64,000 nt of DNA from Torpedo marmorata (Eukaryota), in the NCBI GenBank assembly GCA_977017645.1, contig OZ360227.1, positions 16,864,001 through 16,928,000 on the forward strand, read 5' to 3'. This document shows positions 13,075-26,072 of this stretch, in pieces (within the stretch, counting starts at the first letter, position 1; every line of letters begins with the position of its first letter). The notes beneath the pieces are model-generated. The model saw only the letters and a list, made by a program, of their open reading frames with translations, searched no databases and was not told where the DNA came from. Both the position numbers and the translations under genes were made by a program.

Positions 13075-13205
13075 NNNNNNNNNNNNNNNNNNNNNNNNNN
13101 NNNNNNNNNNNNNNNNNNNNNNNNNNNNNNNNNNNNNNNNNNNNNNNNNNNNNNNNNNNNNNNNNNNNNNNNNNNNNNNNNNNNNNNNNNNNNNNNNNNN
13201 NNNNN
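13075..13205. other. Assembly gap (N run) in the GBX2 3'UTR
   Basis: Run of N. Confidence 1.
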
Positions 13206-13731
13206 CAGTGAAAACCCCGAGACTTGCAACAGACAGACCCATATTTATTATAAATAAATGATTATACTTTGTTTGTATATAAGAACTGAGAAAATGCATC
13301 AGCTCTGAACTGTTCTATGGACCAAACCGTGTCTATTGGGAATAGAGCGAACTTTCACATTCCTGGAGATAAAGAGACCGCGATAATTAAGGCTCACATT
13401 TATCCATTCTTACATTGGTGTTTGACCACTTTGCATTGTTTCATCTATCCAAAAAGGTAAACTCCGTAAAGTATTGCTATTTAATGTCCTTTTTTAAATG
13501 TTCATGCGGACACTGTCATTGTGATAGATCTTTTTTTTAATATATATTTTTCCGGCGTAATTTGCTTTTCAAGTTGCGGTTCCTTTTTAAAAAGAAAAAA
13601 GAAACCCGAAGTATGGCTATATAAAAATAACGGTGTTAATTTATTTTACATTTTCTTTTTGGAAAATAATTGTAGCATATTTCTTATAAATGATGAAAAC
13701 TCTCCAAAAAACATGCAAAAAAAGCCTTGTG

Positions 13732-13737
13732 AATAAA
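13732..13737 (+). terminator. Candidate GBX2 polyadenylation signal AATAAA
   Basis: AATAAA at the end of an AU-rich 3'UTR-like stretch; a more proximal AATAAA is at 13253-13258. Confidence 0.55.
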
Positions 13738-16700
13738 ACCGAGCGTCGGTTCCATAAACAGTGTAGTCACCTCTTTCCGTTCCTGCTGAAGTGTTGTGCA
13801 CTGTTCGAGGCATGTTTTTGGGCGGAGGGGGCGAGGTGAGGTGGGTGGGATAGTTAGCTGGGCATTGCTGAGAGAAATACTGATTTGATCTGAAACTCTG
13901 AAGCTTAAAGAAACGTTGACGCCTCGATTCGCGAGAGATGACTTTGATGATCTCTCGGCATTACAAAGTTTCACCAGAATTACGGATTGTTAATGTGCTG
14001 CTGATTAAATTGATCTGATATGGATGTGAATTAGCAGCAGCGCGTATGTTCAATAATAACGAACCTTTTACCCGCTTTAGTTTGTATAAAAAAAACAAAC
14101 GTAGTTATTTTTCTCCTTAAGACCACTAGAAGTTAAATCTTCAAAGGTTTAAGTTTACATTGCAAACTTTGCAGTTGCAAATAATTGACAGCACTTGAGA
14201 ATGCAACTGATAACTGATGGGGAAAATAGATCTATAAATATATAAATCCATAATTATGAAACAAATAAATCTAAATTTAATTCTGCAAGTATCTTTGAAT
14301 TCCTTCTCCGAAAACGTCTGGCTTTCTGAGACAGAGTAAATAAGATAGGAGCTATCATATTTTATAAAACCAAAATATATTCCATGGGCCTGATCTGCTT
14401 GAAGTGGTAATCAATTTAATCCCCAAACTAAAGACGGAACGGTTTATCAGATGAATATTTCGTATTGTATTAAAGTAATACAGTTGTAATAATATATTCA
14501 ATTTAAAATGTCATCAGTTTAATACTTGTGTACATTTAATAGGAATTTCAGAACAATGTGAGCCAATTGTCACAGAATTGGTTGAAGGCATTATAACGAG
14601 AGCTCAAAATAAACTGCGTCGGAGCCAATTCTGCGCAGGAAGGCTGATTTGCAATGCACCTTTCGAGGGACTTAGTTCAGATGATCTGATGAATGTGAGG
14701 CGACACACGTTAACCAAGTGTTGGAACCAAACTGATACAAATATTCCCTTGGGACGTTGATTCTTTTAACGCCCCTCTCCCCCAGAGATAAAATATTATC
14801 TACAAATCGATCTTATAAAGGACACACAAGAAAAAAACTCCCGCGATCACTTGGCAAAGATCCGCCGGTGTTCCTGATCCTTCCCGCCGTAACAAAATCA
14901 ATCCTTACAGAAGGTCAAAAGGATTGATGGCAGATAATTTACCCTGACTACATATCATCTAATTCCCCCCCCAACCCCCCACCACCACAAAAAAACAAAG
15001 TCGGCTCTGCACCCCTCCCCCAGCTCCACCTCCCTCCAGAACGTTAGTGGCGACGGTGACAGTGTTGTATTGTTACTGACCCTGACCTCAAATAAACGAT
15101 ACACGACAGGATGTAGCGAGTACAAGATAAACAACTGGGCATTTGATCGCTGTCACCATCACCATCATCAGCGCTTTAATTTGGCTGCCTAATGAGTCAG
15201 ATCGCAGGGAGAGATAAAAATTGTCAATCGCCATGGCTTTTAATGAATTTTTTGCAAATTGTAATCAACCCCGAACGTCGCAACCCAGTGATTAATGGGC
15301 CCCAGGAGAGATGGCGAGCACCTCGCTTTTCATTACATCTCATACACGCTGCACTAAATTAACAGCAACTTGTCTGCGCTTAAAATTAAGTCCCAATGAT
15401 TAATTTTGATGGGAGTCTAAAGAATAGCTCGTCCTAATAGTTACTGGCTCGCGATGCTTTCTCAAATGAATAGAGCTCCGAGCTGAATATTTTACCTCCC
15501 CCTTGAATAACATGCACATTCACATCCAAAAAAACAGGGAGGGGTGGGGGGCGAGAGTCGTTTTTTTGTTGTTGTTTCGGTCAGAATTCTGCAAAAGCAA
15601 AATGACAACAGTTTGAGACTGAGCAGGGTAATTGAACAATTTTGATGGGTGGGGGGACGTATAGGTTAATATACAATGTGTAATTAATAGGCAAGTAAAT
15701 TCAACACCTCTTTGCTCATTTAAAGGATACCTTCCTCTTCCCCGATTTTCTTGTGTAAATCAATACTTATTTTCTATAATAGGGGTTAGCAACTGATCAC
15801 AGAATCATTGGTCAGTTTAAAGGGTTTATTAATCATCATTTATATCACAATTGCCTCGTTAACTTGGACTTGGAGAGGGGGAGGCAATAATTAGAGATTG
15901 AATGTGAAATAGACGCATCTACAACCGTGACTTGAGACCTGGGAAGCAAATTCATACTTCATTCATTTTGTGAAATCGCACTCAGTTCTTGCAATGGTCA
16001 AAAGCAAGCTAACAAACTCCCTTGTTGTTTAATATTCGAATCTTCTGCCGTGTGTGTTGAGATGGATACTAACAAAGATTTAAAATATTACAGTTAAGAG
16101 ATTTGCATCGTCTTACGAAGGAAAATGCTCCCCCTCCTTTGAATATAAAGAGGAGGAACAGAGTAGAGAAACCCGCATAACAATGCTAAAGAATGCTTGA
16201 TGTCAGTGGGGATCAGAACTCTGCGAGCACACTGCAGACCCTTCAAAGGAAAGCAAGGGCTGGTCGATTTACATCAGAATTGCCGAGAAGTGTATGATCC
16301 AATATTTGGAAGGTGCATCATTTTATCAAGCATGTCGCGCTGTTTGTGTTGGCGTCTCCTGACAGCGTGAGTGTAAGCACTGGGTAGTGTCTCTCCTCTT
16401 TCTGTCTCTTCCCCTTCCCCCACCCCCACCCCCCCCCCCCCCTTAACAGGATGGTTGACCCTGCATTTCCCAAATTGTCAAATGGCACGAGGAGCGGAAG
16501 CTAACTTCAGAGATATCCCCTTCTGCAATTAACCAGCATACTGCGCTCTCTTCTCCTCCGGCAACACACTCATTTCAAAACACCGCCTGTAAAATCGTTG
16601 CAACGTTAAGACAGCGAAAAAAGCTAAATCACACAGAGCAAGTGGCGACAGGAATTAATCAATGCGAAAACCGTCCATAATCCAGATGGTAACATTACAC

Positions 16701-17409
16701 AGTGGTCACGGGGGAGAGTTGTTTGATTTTTTTTGCAAAGTAGAACTTTCTCAAAGTACAACACGGTCTGAATAATTGGATATCATGTGCAGTCTGATTT
16801 TCATTCATTAACAAAACTCTAGAGTTAATTGACAATGCCCAGGCAATATGGCCAGGGGTTAATAGAAGATGTCTGGCTCTGCCTTGGCATCAGTCGGGTG
16901 CGTTACAGGGGAGTTTTAATATATGTGCGGGTGATATTCACTGTTAAAATGAAGAGAGATAGAACCTAATAAAAATCCATTAGATGGATAATAATGCAGA
17001 TCCGCTCTTCATCTTACATTGATTCGCGTCTGCACTGCAATAAATGACTGCACTACCCCCGGATGATCATAAAACTGAAGCTGTCTTTCTATGTCGAGAG
17101 ACTTTATCCGAGTGAGGCCTCAAAACTCACGCTGAACAGCGATCCTTTGACAAGCCAACTTTATAACTCTTTCAGATGTTGAACTACAAATCCCGCTTAC
17201 TGTTTATGACCCTGGTAACAAAATGAAGTGTAGACTCACCGATTCCACTCACACAGTGTAGTCGCTAGTTTTATTTTAAAGATTTGCTTAGTGAAAAGAC
17301 AGTCGATTTGTAAATCTGGCGTCCGTCAACCCGTAAGGTTCAGGGTTTTTTTGAGATAACAGCACGCTTTGCATTTACGCTCGTTATCGAAAATACTCAT
17401 TTCAATATC

Positions 17410-17672
17410 GAGTGAAACACGAAAGTCTGCAGACGCTGTGATTGCAGTAAATACACAGAAGTGCTGGAGGAACTCAGCCGGTCTCGTAGCATCCATAGGA
17501 GGTAAAGATATATAACCGGCGTTTCGGGCCTGAGCCCTTCTTTTATTCAGGCGCTGCCTTCTTTTTCCCATACCTTGAAAAGGGCTCAGGTCCGAAACGT
17601 CGGTAATATATCTTTACCTCCCACGGACACTGCGAGACCTGCTGAGATCCTCCAGCATGTCTGTGTTTTTAC
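17410..17672. mobile_element. Inverted pair of Penelope-like terminal repeats
   Basis: About 17447-17540 is the reverse complement of about 17580-17672; both arms carry the gggctcagg.ccgaaacg.cgg...ctgctgag.tcctccagca tail. Confidence 0.75.
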
Positions 17673-19642
17673 CTTTATTTCAATATCGCCGAACAGGTGG
17701 AATACCGGAGGAGATAAGGTGACAGAGAAAGGGATGAGATAAATTGAATCATTTGTAACGTTCTATTGGTATCTGTGCTGTTTCTAAGGTCAGATGACGC
17801 TCACGTTGAGTGGGGTTACAATCCCTTTTCCACCTGAAATGTAAACACATTAGTTAACTGCTAGTTACTTTCTGGGTATCTGTAGCGACCGAACATCAAC
17901 AGTTGCAAGGATGAGGCGCGAATTCATGTCAACAATTTTCACTTTTCAAAAATAGCTTCAATAACTTGAAATGATTTAATTTGAAATGATTGCATATTGA
18001 AGAGCAGGTCATGAAGCGTCCAGATGTAAATTGTTGCAGACTCGTTCATTCAGTCCACTGAAGGTAATCCAGAAAGACTACAAAACGAGACATGTACGGC
18101 TTTAATAGTAATTGTTTAAAGAAGGCGATAAACAAATACATCGTAGGGTGCAGATGTACAAGTCACAAAATATAACAGCACACCTTAATAAAGTAACTTG
18201 GAAAGCGAATTGAACACTGTGACTTGTTTCTAAAGGAAAAACAGGGACCACGTTCAAACTATACTTGAAGCGTGGCGTGCAGTTCCAGCATCCTTATTAT
18301 CAAAAAGGATAAAGAACATGGTGCCAATTAAAGTGCAAATTAAGGATGGAATTTGTTCGTTTCCAGAACTGTCTCTCTCCCGCCACCGCTGATCTAAGGT
18401 GTAATAAAGAGTCCACAATATGGATAAATTTGGAGTGTCTTTGGGCGAATAAGGAGAGAATTGAATCAGATGGGGCTTTGCTGCAATCTGGCCGTTTCAT
18501 GGCTGTAGAGGTTGATTCTAGCATCATATATTTTTTGAAGGATTTATTTCATCAATGAATCTAAATTCTCCAGCTGTTGTGGTGGGATTCGAACTCGTGC
18601 CTCTGGGTTAATTATGGTGCTGTAAAAGTCCATTCACCACCATTCACAAGGGTCTCATTAGACTGGGCAGGTGAGAGCTTAGCAAGAAACAGCCAAGACT
18701 CCTTCCCAGAACAGGTTTGTGGGGCGATGTCTTTGAAATGATGAAACGGTTCGTCTGTCTCCGCCGAGCTGAAGACCAAAGTTGGCGGACGTTCAGTCTG
18801 CAGTGCACCGACAGTAATCCTGGAGTTATGGCTTTCCCCGGGGAATGCTGAGAATGTGGAACTGACGGGCGCAGGAAGTAGCTGAGGTGAAAAGGAAATA
18901 TTCGTTTAAAGGGAATCTGGACAGAAGGGTGAGGTTGGGGGTTAATGCTGTGGGATGTAATGTGGAGAGGATGTTTGGACATGAACACAGGCATGAGTCG
19001 GTGGGGGCGAATGGCCTGTATGGTACCGATGGAAATGTAGAGTTGTGCTGATGCACACGGAGGGACAAGAGGTGGGTATGACAGCGTACACTCTGCCTGT
19101 TGCCAAGGTTACAGACAATCGGTGACTGTTTCAGATATTCACTCGCCATCATTAATGTTCACAGACGCCTTGTGCGTATCCTAATTGTTAAAGATTGGGA
19201 TAACCTGTATAAATAATCACTGCCTAATCACCACAGATGTATTTTATCTGTAACACATATTGACTGTTGCAGATACACAAGGTTATGGAAATTGACACTC
19301 GCAGATGTACCAATATACTGACGTTATTATTGAATTACACCGTGTTTCAATGACTACTACTGATGCGCACAGTTAATAATCACTCTGAATCTGATACTAA
19401 GCATTACGAATGTACTTTGACACTTATTGGAAACTGAGTGTGACCGATGTACAGTTGTGAATGAATTATGTTATGAATGGCACGAACGTGCAATAAATGC
19501 TACAAATATAATTTATTATTTAAGATACAGTTTAGATATACACCAACTGTTACAAGACTACACTGGCACTTAAAGATGCATCCATACTGTGTGTCCAGAT
19601 TACCTGTTTCCGATGTGAGTTATTTTAAGTGGAGCAGGTACA

Positions 19643-19995
19643 ACCTGACTGGTACAGGTGGACCCTGACTGGCACAGATGTACTCTGACTGGTATAGGTG
19701 TACTCTGATTAATAAAGGTGTATCCCAACTGGTACACGTGAACCCTGATGCGTACAGGTGGACTCCGATTAGTAGAAATGTACTCTGATACAAATGGATC
19801 CTGACTGGTACAGGACGACAGCGATTGGAACAGGCGTTCTCTGATACAGGTGGTTCCTGACTGGTACAGGTGTATTCTGACTGGTTTAGGCGTACCCTAA
19901 CTGACACAGGTAGACCCTGACTGGTACAGGTGTACTCTGACTGGAACGGGTGGAAACCGATTGAAACAGGTGGACCCTGATTGTTGCAAGTGCAC
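19643..19995. repeat. Minisatellite of about 20-bp units (consensus ~CTGACTGGTACAGGTGTACT), about 17 degenerate copies
   Basis: ctgactggtacaggtg recurs at about 20-bp spacing. Confidence 0.9.
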
Positions 19996-22047
19996 ATTGC
20001 TCGTTACCCATGTACCCAGACTATTGATATGTTTACACGGATAGTGTAAGGTGCACGATGTTACTGGTGTAGATTGGTGCAAGTGTCGAGTGAATGTCAC
20101 CCACAAAACTGTTACAAGTGAACACTGATTTTTACAGGTGACCACAAACGGGTTCACTATGCATTAAGGTCAGTGTAGCAGACTGACTGAAGTAGATGCT
20201 TCTGACGAGAGATCTGTCCGAAAGCAGGTGGGACATTTGTAACGAAGGTGAAGTGATAGTTTGCAATGGCTCCCAGTCCCGTCCGGCGGAAGATGAGAAT
20301 TCCAGCCAACACATCACTGTTGCACACTGAGTGTGCATGCCCGCTTCAATCTTTGGTGGAAAAGCACACTCTGAAAGTGGCCGGCTGCTAAAGTAATGCA
20401 AAGCCCACAGCACGCACAGGGCTACCGGGCGGTGTCAGCGCAGATCTCTCTCTTCACTGCGCCCGCCCCGCCCGGTAGTACATTGGCTATGGATCACCCT
20501 AATCGGTTTAGGACACTTGATGCAGTCCCGCTGCCTTTGTCTCGCTGACAACACCGCCTTTGTGATGTTTAAGACCCCTTCTTTAGTTGGCGACTATGTG
20601 AGCTGTTGCCTGAATTACAATGGATAAAGCGGGATTACACTAAACTGATCCCATTAACAGCTCGGATCAATTTGCATGATGTTCCACGCCCGATCTGCAG
20701 ACTCACTTTAAAAAAAATGCTGCTTTATTGTTTGATTCCCTCTTTGAGCTTCAGTGAATCAGATCAGGGGACCTCGGCGTGACGCTTATAAGGGTATGAA
20801 GTTCAGGAAGTCTGCGGCAGAATTGCCCCACTAAATGTTTCCAGAGGCATTTGCAACCGCCAGTATTTCAGGATGAGTCACTCAGAACCTATGGATGCGC
20901 TTTCCTCTGATATGAACACTTGTTGCAGATGCCGGGAGCTGCAAAATTAACTCGGCAAGTCATTCAGTTGGGAGTATTAGTTGTGTCACCCCGCCCCCAT
21001 CGCCCAAGCTCCAACCCCTTTGATACCTCGACCCCGTCCTTGAACACACAAATTTCCCAGGAACGTTTGCGAGGAGAGAGAGGAGCCCCATTCTCCACGA
21101 ACCCGTGGAGTGATTTAACAATGGACTGCTGGAGGGACTCAGCGGGTCAGGCAGCGTCCATGAGTAGAAATAGTCAATCAACGTTTTGGGTCAGGACTCT
21201 TTCTCGAGACTCAATTTGATCATTTCTCTCCATGAATGCTGCCGATACCATCAGGGCTCTCAGGCTGAGTTCGCTCAAGATTCCAGCATTTGGAGTTTTT
21301 GTGTTTTCTGCTTTCTGATTTATTCGGAATGGATTTGCGATAACTTTAAGATGAAGGCCCATTTGTTTTTCAAAATGGGATTGTTTATTGTCACACTCAT
21401 CGGGATAGAGTAAGAAGCTTCGTTTTACGTGGCATCTCGTCAAGTCAAATACAGCGGATTGTGCAATAAAAAACAAATTTTAAAATCAAGACAATTGTGC
21501 AGAGACATCATCTTTTGCCGATGAGAAATCTATTTAAAAATCATTTGGTTGGGGCAATAGTTTTATGTGCCTACCCAATCAAATCACTTTAAACAGTCGA
21601 TGTTTTCCTTATTAAACCTTCCACCTTCCTTGTTTGATGTTGGCTGATAATTCACCTGGTTGAATCCTTGAGGCTGATTTCATGCATGAGGCAACCAAGT
21701 CCTCGGGATTGGTTTGAATGGGCTGCCTCCTGTTCCTTACCTTCAAAGGGAAAGGAAGTTCGACATGTCTCCTCCCCACCCCTCAACAACGTCACAGCGT
21801 GGCTCAAGATTGGAAGAAGCTACAGAAGGGGATGACTGCAACTCAGACTATCACGCAAACCCCCTCCCCTCCATGGGGAAAAAAAAACAGGTGATGGGGG
21901 AGGGGATAGCTCTCTGAATGGAGAGGGTGGGGGAAATCTGGGGTGGAAATGGAGGTTTGGCAAAGTCAGAGGGTTGGAGAGGTCAGAGGGTGGAGGTGGC
22001 AGGTGGGGGGGGGGTGTCAGGGGGATGGTGGAGAATAGTGGGGACGA

Positions 22048-22592
22048 TAAGAACATAATAAATAGGAGCAGGAGTCGGCCATCCGGCCCGTCGAGCCTGC
22101 TCTGCCATTCAATGAGATCATAGCTGATCTGATGATAGGCCGAACTGCCTTTTCCCCATATCCCTTAATTCCCCTACTTTGTAAAAATCGATCCAACCTT
22201 GCTTTAAATATATTCACTGAGGTAGCTTCCACTGCTTCAATGGGCAGCGAATTCCACAGATTCACCACCCTCTGGGAAAAGCAGTTCCTCATCATCTCTG
22301 TCCTAAATCTACTACCTTGAATCCTGAGGTTATGTCTCCGAGTTCCAGTCTCCTCCACCAATGGAAACAACTTACCTACCTCAATCTTATCTATGCCTTT
22401 CATAATTTTATACATTTCTATGATCCCCTCTCATTCTTCTAAATTCCAGCGAGTACAGTCCCAGACGACTCAATCTCTCCTCATTGGCTCACCCCCTCAT
22501 CTCTAGAATCAACCTGGTGAACCACCTCCGCACCGCCTCCAAAGCCAGTACATCCTTCCTCAAATAAGGAGACCAGAACTGTACGCAGTACA
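22048..22592 (-). mobile_element. CR1-clade LINE, 3' fragment
   Basis: Minus-strand translation YKIMKGIDK...FSQRVVNLWNSLP, typical CR1 ORF2 C-terminus. Near-identical to the copy at 50432-51000. Confidence 0.88.
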
Positions 22593-22999
22593 GATGAGAG
22601 GGTCTGAGGGCTAGGGGGTGGGGAGAAAAGGGAAGCTCAGAGGGGAGTTGGGGTGAGATGAGGGGGTCTGAGGACTAGTGGGTGGGAAATAACCGGGAGC
22701 TCAAAGGAGTAAACAGGATTGAGTAGGGAGAGGTGTGAGGGGATAGAGAAGGGTAAGGAGTGGGGGGATAAGGCAGTGGGATCCAGCAGCAGAGGAATCC
22801 AAGGTGTCAGCCTTACAGAGGCTGAGGTTGGTGTGGTTGTGCTCTTTACATGATTGTATGAATGTTAGAGATAACCTGTTAGACTGCTCGCAGAAAAACC
22901 CTTCTCACTGTACAAGGTACTTTGTGACAAACAAACTTAAACTTAAGAGCAATTGTCCCAGAATACATGAAGAAATTCAGTGAAAGGTCTCTCATTCAT

Positions 23000-23211
23000 T
23001 TTAATTTTAATTTAGACATACAGCACGGTAACAAGCCCGTGCTGCCCAATTAACTTATGTTTTGAACGGTGGGAGGAAACTGGAGCACCTGGAGGAAGCT
23101 CACACAGACACGGGAAAATGTACAAACTTCTTACAGACAGCACGGGATTCGAACCTGGGTCACTAGCGCTGTAATAGCGTTGCGCTAACCGCTACGCTAA
23201 CCATGCCGCCA
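23000..23211 (-). mobile_element. V-SINE (HE1-like)
   Basis: tRNA-like head (B box gggttcgaatcc on minus), V-domain and tail. Confidence 0.8.
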
Positions 23212-23984
23212 ATTCATGCAAGGCGAGAAACCCCTCATAGTAAGGTGAAAATGGCTGACATGGCCTTAGTGACAGGTAAAGCAAAACTTTTAAAGTAGTA
23301 ACCTCAGTAAGTTCTGGGTTCTCGTTCCCCTCCAGATTAAGCCAAATTCCACCTGAGCAATCAGATGGATGCAAAATAAAAATTGCCATGGAGCTGTTCT
23401 GGAGAACAAGAAAGATTCACCCCCAGTATCTTAGGCTCTAATTCAGCTGGAAATATTAAATAAAATAACTTACCTGAATGTAACCATTTCACTGTGAGGG
23501 GGCGTGCCACGTTTTCCATACCACAATAATGACTTCAGTTTGAAAGTCCTGAATTAAAGCTGTAAAGTGTCCAGTGACAAGCAGCAGTTGTGAAGAGTGC
23601 AACATAAATATTGTGTGCTTCATCTAACCTCTCCGGCCCTTACATTAGCAGTTCAAATCCAAGAACTGGAAACAAAGCCTATCTGAAGGGTACCGGGCCA
23701 AAATGCTGACTATTCTTTTTCTCACACTGATGCTGCTTGACCTGCTGAATTCCTCCAGCAGATTGTTTTGTGCTCCATCCAAGAGTTGCTCTTCCGAAGA
23801 AAACACAGTCCTAACTGTTCATGTGGAGTCAGCTGGAATTACCACAAAGGTCACCAGGCAACAACGGAAGGGACAAGGATGCGAACTGCATCCCTATTGT
23901 GCAGTATCAATAGTGCGTGGACCACAGACTATTAATCCGCATCTCCATTTCCAGATCTGCGGCAGGCTATAGATAACGACTTAA

Positions 23985-24700
23985 TATGTAATATCCTGGG
24001 AGTCTTTATTTCACAAGACCTTTCCTGGAGCTAGCACATTGAGGCAACAGTGAAGAAGGCACACTAATGCTTCTATTTTCTAAGGAGTCTGAGGAGATTT
24101 GGCATTTCATCGGATACTCTTATCAAACTTCTACAGGTGCATTGTGGAAAGTATATGAACTGGTTGCATCACCACCTGGTTTGGCAATACTAGTACTCAG
24201 GAATGCAGAAGGCAGCAGAAAGTAATAAACATAGCCAAGTCCAAAGCAGGCTTTGACCTCCCATCCATTCAGACATCTATGTGAGGTTCTGCCTCAAGAA
24301 GGACGCTATCACCATGGTCACAACCTCTTCTCATTGCTTCCTTCAGGCAGAAGGTACAGAAGCCTGAAAATTGGCATCTCTAGGTTCAAGAACAGTTTCT
24401 TTCCAACAGCTATCAGGCTCTTGAACTTCCCCTTGCCTTGGTACACTAATCAGGGACTGCTCTGACACCACAAAAGGACTGTCTGCACTATTGCAAGTTA
24501 CCTTTTTTGTATTAGGATTACTGTGAATATTCATTATTGTATCACTATGTAATTAGTATGTATTTTATATATTTATTGTTTTTAATTTAATTCAATTAGT
24601 TTACTATTATAGTTTTTTTTTAAAAGTACCTGTTCGGCTGTAGCAAGTAAGAATTTCAGGCATATGTACAATGTGTATGACAATAAACTCATTATCATTG
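23985..24700 (+). mobile_element. REX1/Babar-like non-LTR retrotransposon, 3' fragment
   Basis: Degenerate ORF HNLFSLLPSGRRYRSLK...RFKNSFFPTAIRLLN followed by a 3' tail ending tgacaataaactcattatc. Confidence 0.7.
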
Positions 24701-25849
24701 TCAATGATCAAATACGAATGTCCCTACAACCTTAATCTTTTAACCACTAACATAATTTTTTGTCTGGTGTACTGCAATACAATGAAAAGCTTTGTTTTGA
24801 GTGCTATCCAGGCAAGTCAACCCATACTTAAGTACAACAAGTCATGCAAAAGTAAAAGAAAGTTGCAATGTGTATTTTTAGAGTAAGTCAAAGAGTGCAG
24901 GATATAGTGTTACCCGGAGTGATAGAGTAGAGACACAAGAAGGTAAGGAGAAGGTCTGCCAGGAGTAGCTCGTAAAATGTTGTCACATTCTGGCACCATG
25001 TGGCAATGGATACAAAAACAACAGAACTAACCTACAGATGAAACCAGAAACTATTCTGTTATTAAACCATCCACTGAACCATTTCTATGTCAATGCAAAA
25101 CCACCAAAAATCCTGATGCCATCACACCTCTAACCTGCTAATAAATCCGACACAGCTGCATATTAAAACCACCCCAAAACTTGGAAACAGTAATAAATGC
25201 AAAGAAACCTGAAAAATTAAATTAGTGCATCACCATTAAAAATAGTACACAAACTCACCACTAAATGTGTAAAACCTAGCAACAATTCACAAGAAAACTG
25301 ACATAATCTCAACATCAATTAACTCATTGTTAAATCGCCAATAAAACCCAATACTAATCTCTTGATTAAATCACCAGTAAAACCTGGTTGCAATCAACTA
25401 CCCAGCCAGCAATGAAAACTGATAACAAATATAAAAAAATGGTATCAACTCAACATTAAATAACCAATAAAAGTTTATTTTTACATTCCATAATTGCAGC
25501 TTAACTGGCAATTTAAAAAGCCAAAAACACGTTTAAAAAAAATAGTCGGGGTAGATCATTGTACTGAGAAGTGGAATTATCAGCATTTTCTTGGTAATCC
25601 TTAGCACTGTCCAAGCTTTCTTCAGAATTTCTGTGGACAGGACCCGTCTTGGTCCTGGCATCTGATGTCACTTACACCTGGACGGGCTTGTGCCATGCGG
25701 TGCCTAGGATGGAGAAGGCTTTGTTGAGGAGGTTGCTGTTAGAACATCTGCAATGTTAGTATGGATTTAGTGGGTGGGTGAGCAGAGAGCATGGATGAAA
25801 ATTCAGGGACCAAAGTTCTGCAGGCCTGAGTATTGAGGATGAAAGACAT

Positions 25850-26072
25850 GTGAACATAGAACATTACAGCACAGGCCCTTCAGCCCATGATGTTGTGCCA
25901 ACCTATGTAAACCAACTCCACCACAATTTAATTTTTCCCTGCTTCACACCCAGAGCCCTTTATTTTTCTTGCATCTATGTGCCCATCCAAGAATATTTTG
26001 AATATCCTTCTTGTGCCATCCATCCACCACCATGCTAGGCAATGTATTCCAGGCTCCCACCACTCTCTGTGT
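25850..26072 (-). mobile_element. CR1 3' tail fragment
   Basis: gaacatagaacattacagcacaggcccttcagccc... is the reverse complement of the CR1 3' end seen in other copies. Confidence 0.65.

Noticed and set aside
5476-13299. ORFs containing long X runs
   Set aside because: Artefacts of the three N gaps.
19643-19995. CRISPR-like array
   Set aside because: The units are contiguous degenerate 20-mers with no unique spacers, there are no cas genes, and the context is vertebrate.
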